From Novakomyces olei (taxonomy: Eukaryota): a DNA stretch of 64,000 nt. This document shows, one piece after another, positions 1 to 11,630 of this stretch (position 1 is the first letter of the stretch; each line of letters starts with the position of its first letter). Below the pieces are notes generated by a model. The model ran no database searches. It worked only from the letters and a program-made list of their open reading frames with translations, and had not been told where the DNA came from. The stretch covers positions 310,001 through 374,000 of the forward strand of contig JADEYG010000005.1 of NCBI GenBank assembly GCA_016906335.1, in the 5' to 3' direction. Made by a program: the position numbers and the translations under genes.

Positions 1-37
1 CAAATCCAGTAAGGATCAAACGGCGCAAATGACATAC

Positions 38-230
38 CAAACGTTACTTGAGCAATAAATTGATCATTGCGAAAGCTTTCAAACTCGGCCGCACGCTGCA
101 AAATAGCGGAAAGTAAGGCTTTCGCCTGTGGCCCGCTAAGCAGTGTCGATAAGAGATCATTATCAAGCGATAAAAAGCTGGCAGCGGACGATATATCGTC
201 GCCCAAGCTCTTTGGCGCTTCGACCTCCAT
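38..230 (-). CDS. First exon of a Tpr/Mlp1-like nuclear basket coiled-coil protein (gene continues off the left edge)
   Basis: Not in the ORF track. ATG at 230 (minus) gives MEVEAPKSLGDDISSAASFLSLDNDLLSTLLSGPQAKALLSAILQRAAEFESFRNDQFIAQVTF, then a GTATGT donor at 37. Resembles, from memory, the N-terminus of fungal Mlp1/Tpr. Confidence 0.55.
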
Positions 231-444
231 TGGTTTTTCCTTAAAGCCCAGCGCTCAAACCCGCATTAGTACTGCATGCGCAATCAATAAGCGTCGGCCG
301 TTATTGGACGGGTGTAGCCCTCGGTGCCCTCGTTTGATTTGATATTGGTGAAATGATTTTGGCGTTACAATTTTATTATGTGTGTTTTTGTGTTTATTAT
401 TGTGTTACAGCCTGCTACTAGCTTTTTTTATTACTTTTATTTTA

Positions 445-446
<2 letters not shown>

Positions 447-523
<77 letters not shown>

Positions 524-560
524 AATTAATTAAATTAAAATATAATAATTAATTAAATAT
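447..560. repeat. (AAAT)n microsatellite / AT tract in divergent promoter
   Basis: Long run of AAAT followed by AATT-rich sequence between the Mlp1-like gene and YME1. Confidence 0.95.
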
Positions 561-674
561 ATTTGAACTCCTACAGTCTAGCGTACTATATTAAATTCTC
601 AGATAAACCAAAGGCAATACGCAATTCATATACGGGCAGAGTGCGCCGTGGAGCATTGTTAGGTTCCGTCACAC

Positions 675-3455
675 ATGCGGCCGGCGGCGACCACATGCGG
701 GCTTTCGCGGCTGGTAAATTTGATCATTAAATTTTAGTTTAATAATTTAATAAATCCGGCCGATCTTCACCTTCTTATTTTTTTTGCATTTTCTCTTGAT
801 TTATTCCGATTTATTGCGACTAACAATACTTCAAGTTTCTTCAGCGTTATAGCTTGTCTTGCCTCCATCGAAACAACGCAATTGTATGCGCTCGTGCTCG
901 ATCCGTGGTAGAAAATCACAAATCGAATACTCGGTTTTTCTCCGTTTCAAAGCAGACTGCTTCAGCTTCGAATTGGGTGAGCGGTAAATGGGAGCAATAT
1001 GCGAATCGCGATCTCGGAGATGCAGAGAGACAGGCGGCATTCTACAGGGTAATGATTTGCGACACCAGGAAAGAAGAAATAATGAGTCTCAAGACGCAAA
1101 AGTTGTTTTATTTCTATACACGTGCCAGATTAATGCTAAATAAGAATGAATAATAATGATAAAAGAATAAATAAAAAATTGAATAAAACAGACGACAAAT
1201 AAAATCTAACACGATTAGTATCTTCTCCCTAACAATCCGGAGGCGATTGTGCGACGGTACGAGAATGACAGAGTCGCTCGTAACACAGAATGCGAGCAAC
1301 TTTACAATTCGGCATTAAACAGGCTCGGCGTGAGTGGAGAAAATTCAGAAAAGGCCCAGGCGTCTTCCATCTCGACGGAGGCAACTGGAGAACCTAACCG
1401 GCACGAAACGTCCTTGCCTGCATTTGAGAGAGCATTTGCGGATCGACAAGAGCCCATCAAAGTTCAGCTGGAGGAGGCCCCACGTACACGGATGTTGAGG
1501 CTACTAAGATCTTTGTTTGCTGCTTCCATTGCTGTTTACCTGATAATGTATGGGGTAGATGCCGTTGTAGAATCTTCCGGGCTTAAACGTGTCTGGTCTT
1601 CCTCCAAGATTGAGGAGGTGATGCCGGAAGAAGGGACTACTGTACGGTTTAATGACGTATGTGGAGTAGACGAGGCGAAAGAGGAATTGGAGGAGACTGT
1701 GTCATTTCTCCGGAATCCAAGGCAATTTACAGCTTTGGGAGGGAAACTTCCCAAAGGAATTCTCCTCACGGGTCCACCGGGTACAGGCAAGACTATGTTG
1801 GCTCGTGCCGTTGCTGGAGAGGCTAATGTTCCTTTCTTCGTTATGAGTGGAAGCCAATTCGACGAAGTATTTGTTGGTGTAGGCGCAAAACGTGTACGTG
1901 AGCTTTTTGCTACAGCTCGAGCTCGTGCTCCCAGTATCGTTTTCATTGATGAGCTCGATGCTATTGGACAAAAGAGAAACGCAAAAGAAGCTGCTCACGC
2001 TCGGCAAACACTGAATCAGCTCCTTGTCGAGCTGGATGGGTACGCTAATACTGTATATTATTAATGATTAATGTGTACTTATTAATTATTAATGGCTATC
2101 GATGTTCACTAGCTATATTCATTTATTCTACTAAATTTTAAATTTTTTTTTTATCTAATTCGCAGATTCAATACATCAGCAGAAGCTCCAACTGTATTTA
2201 TTGCAGCTACAAACTTCCCCGAGTCACTTGACCCCGCACTCACTCGTCCCGGCCGATTTGATAGGCACATTCATGTCCCTCTACCGGATGTACGAGGGCG
2301 TATAAAAATTTTGGAGCATCATTGCCGAGATATTCGTATAGCACGCGACATTGACCTCAGTGTACTTGCTCGAGGAACACCAGGATTTTCTGGTGCTGAT
2401 ATTGCAAATCTGGTGAATCAAGCGGCGGTCAAAGGCAGCAAGGACCGGCATAGATTTGTTACCATGCAGGATTTCGATTGGGCCAAGGATAAAATAATGA
2501 TGGGAGCAGAACGCCGGAGTCATTATATGACAGAAGACAACAAGCTAATGACAGCGTATCACGAAGGTGGACACGCTCTTGTTGCAATGCTGACTGACGG
2601 AGCAAACAAGCCTTACAAAGCGACAATAATGCCTCGTGGCCAATCGTTAGGGATGACGATTATGCTGCCAGAAATGGATAAAGAAAATTACTCTTTCAAG
2701 GAATACCGTGCTCAAATTGATGTTGCTATGGGCGGCCGTGTTGCTGAGGAGCTTATATATGGCCGTGATGGTGTTACCGGTGGTGCACATAGTGTAAGCC
2801 TTTACATGATTTAACCAATTTGTTTATGATTTTTACGTGGTTCAATTTATTATTATTAAACGTTTGCTTTATCATTTTTATCATGTTTTATTTTAAATTA
2901 TGCTTTTGTGATAATGAGCGAGCATATTCATTATCCAACTTTCTAAATATCATTTAATGCACTGAGACTGCAGTATTTGCGATGCAGGTTTTTTTTGATT
3001 TAAATTGCTTTACAGTCAGTATCCAGTATTATTGATCCTGCCTTTGACTACAAAAGCCAACTATATCGCTTCATTTTATAGTTTATCATTACTGCCATGA
3101 ATTTATCGGCTCTTGATCTTTATATATTAACGCTGCCGCAAAACTAACGTACGAGGACATCAAAAATGCGACCAGATTAGCGAGGTCACTGATTTCTGAG
3201 CTCGGATACAGCGATAAAGTTGGCCCGATTTCTCACGAAGATCCAGAGCGTGTTTCCCCCGAAACAAATTATATTATAGAGCAGGAGATGAAATCGATGC
3301 TAGAGGCATCACTGGCTAGGGTTACGAAGCTGTTGACGGTGAAGAGAGCAGAATTGGATCGTCTAGCAAAGGCATTGGTGGAGCATGAGTATTTGACGTA
3401 CGACGAGATGCGTCAGGTCGTGGAAAACAAAGATACCTACGCGAAAAGATCATAG
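675..3455 (+). CDS. YME1: Mitochondrial i-AAA protease Yme1 (FtsH family)
   Basis: Exons 675-713, 836-1048, 1219-2039, 2166-2793, 3156-3455. Walker A GPPGTGKT, Walker [29 protein letters not shown], Zn motif HEGGH, then GAHS/DIKNAT. The last intron ends in GAG. Confidence 0.95.
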
Positions 3456-3958
3456 ACAAATCCGGCAAAAAAGACACATATATGATGAAGCCCTTTTTTA
3501 TGGATCAAGAACAGAATCTAAAACTAAACCTGTCCCTAGTCTTTCGGCTTACGCAAAAGAATACCTTCAAAAGTCTCCCGTATTTAGCATTAGAATCCGG
3601 CTGTCTTCACGGCACTTTGGTGGCACAGACCATTTGAGTAGCCATATTGATCGCCATACCATTTTAAGCTTACGAGACGCAAAGCCTTTTTGCCGTGGCT
3701 AACCTTGCAATAAATTGACCGTTGTCGGCCGGGATCCAACTTCTCGGCCGATTCTCGGCCGAGAAGTTTTATTAATTAATATCGAATTTACAAGCTGCCC
3801 CATCTGCCATATTACATAATCCAATTAATTTACTAATAAATTAATTCATTACTCTCGGTAGCTGAATCAGCACTCGGCAGTTCATTAACTTGACGTTACG
3901 AAACGGAAATTGCTTTTGTTGATAACCTTTTCTGTTTTCGTTACAGAAGTACTTTTGT

Positions 3959-6342
3959 ATGACTCAGGTATTGCTGTTTGCGGTGTTACGCTGAAAGAAA
4001 ATAACTTGACTTCATTTGTGTCGCTGATTTTCTTATTTTACGTGAATGGACATATGCACTAAAGAATTTTGGAATTAATGACAGGCAATGCATCACAAGG
4101 GACAAATGGATTCAGATAAAAGCGAATCCGTCGAACTCGTGGAGAATATGCTAAAGATCTGTTTCGGAGTTATCACTTATATTCGGTTTGTGTCTTGCAG
4201 AGTTTCTTTCCAACTCGCTGGTGCCAATATGCATATATGCACACGGAGCTAACTGATCTAATTTTCTTGATTCAGGGGAATGTTCTCTGACGATGCTTTT
4301 ACCGAGGAATATTTCGGGGAAAGTAACGATCGCTCGACTGAAAACGATGGCTCTGTGAAAAGGGCCGTAGGGCTTCGCGTTATGAAGTTACGTCTTGGCA
4401 GCTCTGCTGGAGTCAATAAGCTTTTAAATGTGCTCGTGAGTTTCATGCATTCGCCATCTCGTTTGCTTTGTTTTCTGCTTTGCTTTGCTTCTTGCTTGCT
4501 CTATAGTCTACAACTCTTTGCTTCAACCAGCTTTTTTCTAAATACTTGACCGACAGGAATATGGAATATTTGATGCGTTGAGACGCAAATACCTAGCTAC
4601 CATGTACTTTGTTATATTCTTGAATGCGCAAGAGCCCTCGAGCATTTTTGAAAAGTACGAATTCTCGTTCAGTTACAGCGAGAACCAGGCTGGAATGAAT
4701 TTGTACAAGCAAGGAAAGCAGATTATTGCCAGTGAAAGCTGTCTTTCTGGCGATGGTGTTAAACGACAAATCCAGGCTTTATTGCGATCCTTGATAGTTT
4801 CGACTCAGAGCTTGGAGATCTTACCGAGTATGTACTATATTTGATCTGGCTGCTTTGAGATTAATTCTTTTAATCTAGGCTGTCGTAAATTTCTGACGGT
4901 GAAACTGGTCTTTAATGAAAACTGCCCGTCAGACTATCAGCCCGACTATTTTCGCGATGCAACAAAAGATCCTGCGTTTTACTTTAGTACTGCCAACGAA
5001 GGCGAGAAGCCTATAGATATCGATACGGGAACGGTTCAAACGATTGAGCATTGGTACATTTTACTAATTAATTCGGTTATGAAAGCTAATCTCGTTGCAG
5101 CGTGAGCTTGAAGCTGTCAAGTATCTCAGATTATAGGCCTCCGATTTATCCACGCTCTTCTTCAAAGCTTTGGGGTGCAGAACAAAATCAAGCTGCAGAA
5201 ACTGTGGAGAAATTGCCTGGAATTATTGGAGTAGCTGAATCTACACCGGCCGCTCCCCACCATAAAGTGACCCTAGCTGAAACAGTATGCTTCGTCATTT
5301 GTAAAGCATTTAACATTCCTAGTTAATTCCTGCCAAACCGAGTGATATTGAACTGACGCAAAAACTGGACGAGTCTTTGAGCCAGTTGGACATGGACGAA
5401 TTTGATAGCAGCGACCTGAGCGATCTAGACGATGCAAGCGAGTATGAAAAACATTTTTCCGGAGAAAGCGGTTATGACTCGGACGAGTTAATTGTTAATT
5501 GTGAATGTGAACACGACGAACACGATGAGCATGATGGCGACTTGGTAGGTTTTCGTTCTAGTCAAATTTATTTTGCTTAATTTTCCTATTTTTTAATTCT
5601 CTTGATTGCTAATTTATTTTATTATATATTGCTGTTTCTTTTTCAATGACTAAGCTTTTCCAAGGTCGAATGCAGCTTCTGCCATGAATGGAAGCACGTT
5701 TGGTGTTATGGATACCACTCTGCTCAAGACGTCAATATACCCTCCGAGTTAAAATGCTATCGTTGCTTGTATTTGCCATCTCGACCTGACAAGTATGATG
5801 ATCTGTGCAAAGTAGCAAAAAGTCGGAGGGAGCTTAAGATTATTAAGGGCATTAAGGAGGCTTCGAGGACAGGCGATATTGCCCGTCTAATGCGTAATGC
5901 AAAAAAAAGATCCTTTTAGTTTCAACTATTGATCATTATAGACTGCACAGTATCAAAAGCGACGCTTATCTGTGCGCGCCTAGTGCACGAGGGGCTGTTA
6001 AAACCGCTCAAGGCTTTGAGCAAAGGTGCTAGACCAAAGTATTTGCCGAACGTGCCCCAGATTAAAATGCAAGAGTCTGTTTATTTCGATCAGCGCTGCG
6101 CGGGTCCAGAACCAGTTGAGAGTTCAATTCCTGAGGACAGTGCGAGATCTCGATCTCGTAGAGCCTCTACGCAAGTGGCGAGTACTCCTTCGGCTCTGCC
6201 CTCGAACATGCATCAAAATCAGATATGGCAAGCAACCCCAAAGCGGGGACGGCAGAGTGATGAGGGCATATTTGAGGCGAGCTCTGTTTCACCCCGTAAA
6301 CGTGGCCGAACGGTCCTTGCACGTTCGCCTATTGTGTTCTAG
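3959..6342 (+). CDS. HOP1: Meiotic HORMA-domain axis protein Hop1 with PHD-type zinc finger
   Basis: Introns 3968-4084 (first micro-exon ATG ACT CAG is tentative), 4186-4275, 4436-4556, 4828-4878, 5054-5100, 5285-5322, 5545-5664, 5894-5941. HORMA motifs ITYIR/GMFSDDAF, EYGIFDALRRKYL, LLRSLIVSTQSLEILP. Cys/His finger VNCEC..VECSFCHEWKHVWCYGY..CYRC. Confidence 0.88.
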
Positions 6343-6662
6343 ACTCTCTAAACCATAAACCCGGGAGTGCCGTGTGCCAATCAATAGTTTGTGGTATGGC
6401 CTCTTGCCAAGTGACCGGTTTAGGCAGATGGCTTTAATCTCCAATTGGACTGTATTTTAAGCTTATTTTTGACGAGTGCTGACTGTTTGACATTTCGATA
6501 CACTTGATATCGCTCGTGGGTCCGACAATCTGGAAATGAGGGTGAGACCGGATTTATTTCTGACCGTTAATCATACCGACTGAGTTTATATTTGATCCTT
6601 TATCAGTTACGATCAGCACGATCTACACTATAAGCGGAAGGTGTTTATATTAATATATAGCA

Positions 6663-6756
6663 GCAAACATATTCGCAAATACTCCACTCGCAAATATTCT
6701 ACCAGCAAATACTCCGCTCACAATATTCTCCAAGCAAATATTCTACCAGCAAATAT
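6663..6756. repeat. Degenerate ~15-bp tandem repeat with GCAAAYA core upstream of the velvet gene
   Basis: GCAAA(C/T)A at 6663, 6675, 6690, 6705, 6734, 6749. Confidence 0.8.
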
Positions 6757-7474
6757 ATCGAGTGTCACATATTTGAGCGTATGGCTCAAATATCTCGCCA
6801 GTAGTACTGGTATTTTAGTGTATTTGCAAAATATACATTTTTGTGTAATAAATGCAGTACAAACTCGCTCGGCGACTCTACTAGCGTGCAAACCCAACCT
6901 GCCTTGTTCAGGCAATGTGTGTGGAAGGAGTCTGCAAAACAGACCCTTTTCAGTGGCAGAGCACGTGTCTAGTCAAATTATCCATCCGCGCACGCAATTG
7001 CTTACTGCACTCGACCGAGCGCAAGTAACCATAACCCGTCGTGTGCAAGTAGAAACAGTGGCGATAAGTGTATGTGCAAACAGAAATAGGACCGGAGCAT
7101 TAATTCTTGCACTTGCGCTAGCACTTTTTAATAAAACGACGGCATTGAATCGTACATGACATATTGAGGTTAATTAATCGGAGACGAGTGCTTCGCTTCT
7201 ACCATACACTGTCGCGAATACAACGTTTAATACATTGTATTTTTATACATTTTAATTGTACTTCGATAAATTCCAATTAATTCAATTACTTTTACATTTA
7301 CTTCCCCCTTCTAATGAATGTATAAAACATCCATTATAAAACAGTCCTGCTACAATGCAATTTACATACAGATCCACTCGATCCTTATATAAACATCCAC
7401 CCTCGTGGCACGCAATAAATACAAGCTGCCCTCCTGCACAGGATAAGCTTGTAGCGCTATTCATATGCAAACTG

Positions 7475-9265
7475 ATGCCAAGACCGTTAGCGTATGAGCA
7501 CGTTTACGTTCGCCGGCAAGCAGGACGTGCTCAGCCAGAGCGTGCTGGGGTAATTTTATTTATTTTTTTATCTATTTTTATTTATTTTTGTTTATTTTAT
7601 ATTTGTATATTTGTATATTTTCCCGTGTCGGTGCTCTGCCCTGGCGTGTCTGAACATTTACATGTACTTTTTAACAGAGGCTAATCGCAGATTGGAACAT
7701 GAGCTCATAATCCGCCAGCAGCCTGATCGGGCGCGTGTTTGCACCATCAAAGAAAGAGGTATATACGGCTTTGCCTTGTGTTTGGGATTAGCTTGGCTGA
7801 CTTTGGCTAGAGCGCCGACCTGTGGATCCGCCGCCTATTGTCCAGATCAAAGTACATGATTCACACGATACCGCGTATGCTGAATTATTATTATAGAAAA
7901 TCCGGAAACCTAACAAGACTAGCAAACTGTTCCTTCATTCTCCCCGGCTGTTTATGTGCGCGACTCTTCAGGATGTTGGGCGGCCCGATATGGTAGAGCC
8001 TTATTACCAGACAATGGCGGGGAACATTGCGTCTTCTCTACATCGGCTCAAGGACGTGGACGATACAGGTAAACTTCAATCTAACTGCTACGTATCTGAC
8101 CCGTACAGAGGCCGGGTTTTTCATCTTTGGTGACCTCAGTATTAGAGTTGAGGGTCATTACCGTTTAAGGTTCTCTCTGTTTGAGATTATGGACACGGGT
8201 ATAGGGTACATCAAATCTGTTACGAGTGAACCGTTCATGGTCTACACTGTGCGCACGTTTCCGGGGATGGCTGAAAGCACTTACTTGTCGCGCATCTTTA
8301 GTGACCAGGGAGTGCGTCTGCGGATCCGAAAGGAAAGCCGGTTTCACCTGTATGTACCTTTTTCTTTTTTTTTTTAATTTGTTTTTAATTTGTTTTGTAT
8401 ACAGCCAAACTCGCGAGCGCTGATATTCGTGTATTTGGCCGTTTTCTAATCGTTCCTGAACCCATTTTGCGCTGAGTGTGTGTATCATTTATTTATTATT
8501 TTATTTATTTATTTATTATTTTATTTATTTATTATTTTATTTATTTATTTATTATTTTATTTATTATATTATATTATTTATTTATTATATTATATTATTT
8601 ATTTATTTATTATTATCAATTCGTTATATACAACTCCACTTTAACTACATTTTTAATTTCTACTTTTCACCCGCTTTATATTATTTAGCACTATTGCTGC
8701 TTTTAAGCCTACTTGTGTATCTCCCTTTAGAGTTTTTATTCGTGTAACGTTACTTGAGTTTACGTTACTTGAATTTAAACACGGTGATGAATTTCCTCAT
8801 ATATTATTTACCGTATACGGTCTGGCTATTTAGCTTTATACTTTAGCTGCTCGCGTTTCCATACTACATTCTAAATATCTGGCGCGTTTGTTTACCATCT
8901 TATCTGATTATTTGGCTTTAACCTTGTTTTATTGAGCTCATTACAGTTTTTCACCATTTTTCTTCATTCGTTCGCTCCCCCATCTGTCAATAGACTCATC
9001 GCTTACATTTGCTTGATTCAGGAAACGTGCTCGGCAATCGAATCCGGATGAAACACCTCGCCGATCCTCGGCAGACAGCATTGGTGGTAAAAGCACCAAA
9101 CGCCTGTCTTCCGCTTCTGCTGCTACCTTTGCGGCTATTCACAGGCACAGTGTATCATCTGAAGCTTCTTCAAATGCAGATAAGGACACCGTTCCTCTCC
9201 CTGCAACTATCCAGCAGCTGCCTCTCTCGACTCAGTCGCAACCTGCCTCTCAATCAATCAATCAT

Positions 9266-9297
<32 letters not shown>

Positions 9298-10402
9298 GCA
9301 GCCTCCTCCTGCACATGCGCGTCCGACAGTAATAGCAATGCCGGCCCCGACCCACCATGAGCTCGACCCTAGATCTCTTCTTGATCAGCAGGCGCAGCAC
9401 TATGCCAATGTAGCCACTGATTACTATTCACAGAGAGCCTCTCAGCGAGGCTCCTTTGCCGAGAGCTGCAGCAGTGTAAGCTCAGCTGCCTCTTCGTCAC
9501 TCACGCCTGGAGGAGAACGAGGACCGCCTGTGTGGAGGATTCCTATTGCTTTTTCTCAGGATGTACGCTACAATCCCGTTACACCAAAGACTCCCTCTTT
9601 TATCGACACTCAGCAGTCTGCCACTTATGCTTTTCCACCCGCTTCAACTGCAACTTTTACTTCAGCTGCAAATGCAACTGCAACTTCAACTTCACGAGGC
9701 ACAGTGGGCAATGTCGTTTCTCCACATGGCTACTTTCCCACCATCGATCCTCGACGGCCAATGTCGCCCCGGTCAGTAGCTGTGCCTGGTTATATGCGCC
9801 CATCTGCCTCTGGCACTGCCGGACCCTCTACGCCTCCAGCAGCAGCTGCTGCTGCTGATGCTCCACAGTACCAGGCCGGCTATACCGCCGTCCTGGCCTC
9901 TCAGGGCTACCACGGCTCTCTGTCGGCAACTGCACTGGGCAGTTCTAGCGGCAGTTCTGGCTTTATAAACAGTGCCAGCAGCAATAGCAGTGCCACGGGA
10001 AAGGCACCCGCCCGGGCCTGGCACAGTTTTTCAACTACTGACTCTCGTAAAGTCTCCTCCATTGCAAACGAACATGAAAACGATGTCTTTGAGGGACTCG
10101 TTAGACGGTCTATTGCCTCTATTCCAACCTCGCCGGCTCCTGTGGCTCCTGTTGCTCCTCCAGAGCCGGTAGACGCGCTGCTCGGTGCTCGAGCTCCTCC
10201 TCCTGGGTTTCATCACCTGAAACTGCCTCCGATTCCTGCGGACAGTGCAGTCAGACCTGCTCAAGGTCCCCCTGCGGCTGTTGTGCCGGGTCAGCCTCAG
10301 CCTCAGCCTCAATTGCAGGCCACGCCACAGCTGCCGGCAAGACTGACTCAAACATTGGGGGAAAAGCCTTCAAGCTTTACTCGTAGCGGTGATGCCGTGT
10401 AA
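7475..10402 (+). CDS. vosA: Velvet-domain transcription factor, VosA-like
   Basis: Introns 7492-7690, 7759-7810, 7875-7922, 8069-8108, 8350-9021. Velvet motifs [88 protein letters not shown]. Long H/Q/P/S-rich C-terminus. An in-frame upstream ATG at 7355 is an alternative start. Confidence 0.88.
8486..8615. repeat. TTA/TTTA low-complexity tract inside velvet intron 5
   Basis: Reiterated TTTA/TTA units. Confidence 0.9.
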
Positions 10403-11630
10403 AGAACAAGTGCAGAATAATCCGGAGCTGATTAAAGGGAGAATGAAAAGGAATCGATAATTGCAGTCGAGAATTGCAGTCGAGAATGGCAGTCGAAAAG
10501 GTCAGCCGAGAATAAGGAGCCGAGAATAACATGAAACAGAATGAAATGAAAAATATGTCTTTTTTTTTTTTTTTGAGGCGGGATTATGTGGGTCTATGTT
10601 CCTATATTGTTTCTGTTTCCCTTTTATATTTCAGAACTTATATTTATAAATTTACATGGGATGATTTGTTAGCGTTGGCTCTAGTTTATTCAGTTATTAC
10701 ATACCACATTTTGTTTACACTGGCCCGTACCGAATTGATGATTAGTTTCGAGATGAATGTCAAAGGTGCAAGAGCTCTACTTGATACTTTATATACAAAT
10801 TTATATATACTAATGTATACTAAATATTTCATGCAAGTGCCGATACAAATTCTCGATGGGTATTACAATTTCATTTGCTGTATTCTATTCGTTCTTTGCA
10901 TGGGGAAATATAGATAGGCTTGTGCATATGTCTGCGCTGTTTGCCGTTTTCTTGCGCTGTATTCGATAGCGTCTTGTACATTGATTAGAGAAATATACGG
11001 ATTAAATATGTGAGAACGTTCATTATTAGTGTGGGACAGCTTTTGAAGGTCCAGACTCGGGCGAGATTCCGAGTATCTACACAAATGACTTGTAGACTAC
11101 CTGATTTTGCTATACAATTAACTCAGTTTGCTAAACCATTAGTCACGTCTATTTCTTCACCTTTGTTTTTAAGTACTTTGTTGAGTTTTCCTGACCAAAA
11201 CCAAACCCTAAACAGGGCTAATTATATTTTCACGTTATTTTTTAACCGCAGCTCTTTGCAGAGAGCATTTAGTAGCAATTTGGCGTATTTCCAATAAACA
11301 TTAATATTTTAAGAGCCAGTGGATTTAGATCTATTTACTTATTTATCTATGATGGATCCTTCTGATAAATCATGGATAAAATAAACCAATAGTTTGGCTT
11401 ATCCCAATCATCGTCTGGGAGACAGTAGACCAATACTTTTTTGTCAATAAGGTAATTTAGCTTCTCTGCTGGATGAAAAAAGTATGTATTTCTGTCGTCC
11501 TTGTTTTTGTTGTTGTTAATGGGTCTATAAATACTGTTCGCTCTTCAGCAGGGTCCCTCGTGATTTTGTTATTGTTTCTACTGTTGCAATTGATTTCAAT
11601 TTTAATTTATTAATATATTCTATATACATA

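Noticed and set aside
6641-7159. 172-aa ORF upstream of the velvet gene
   Set aside because: GTG start, runs through a tandem repeat, and has no protein-like features.
8784-8907. Intronic C/D snoRNA in the velvet intron (GTGATGA...CTGA, with GTTTACCATCTT complementary to LSU rRNA AAGAUGGUGAAC)
   Set aside because: From memory of yeast sites, the D+5 rule points to a position other than the known methylated ones. Pairing breaks next to the D box and there is no terminal stem. Likely chance; snoscan would settle it.
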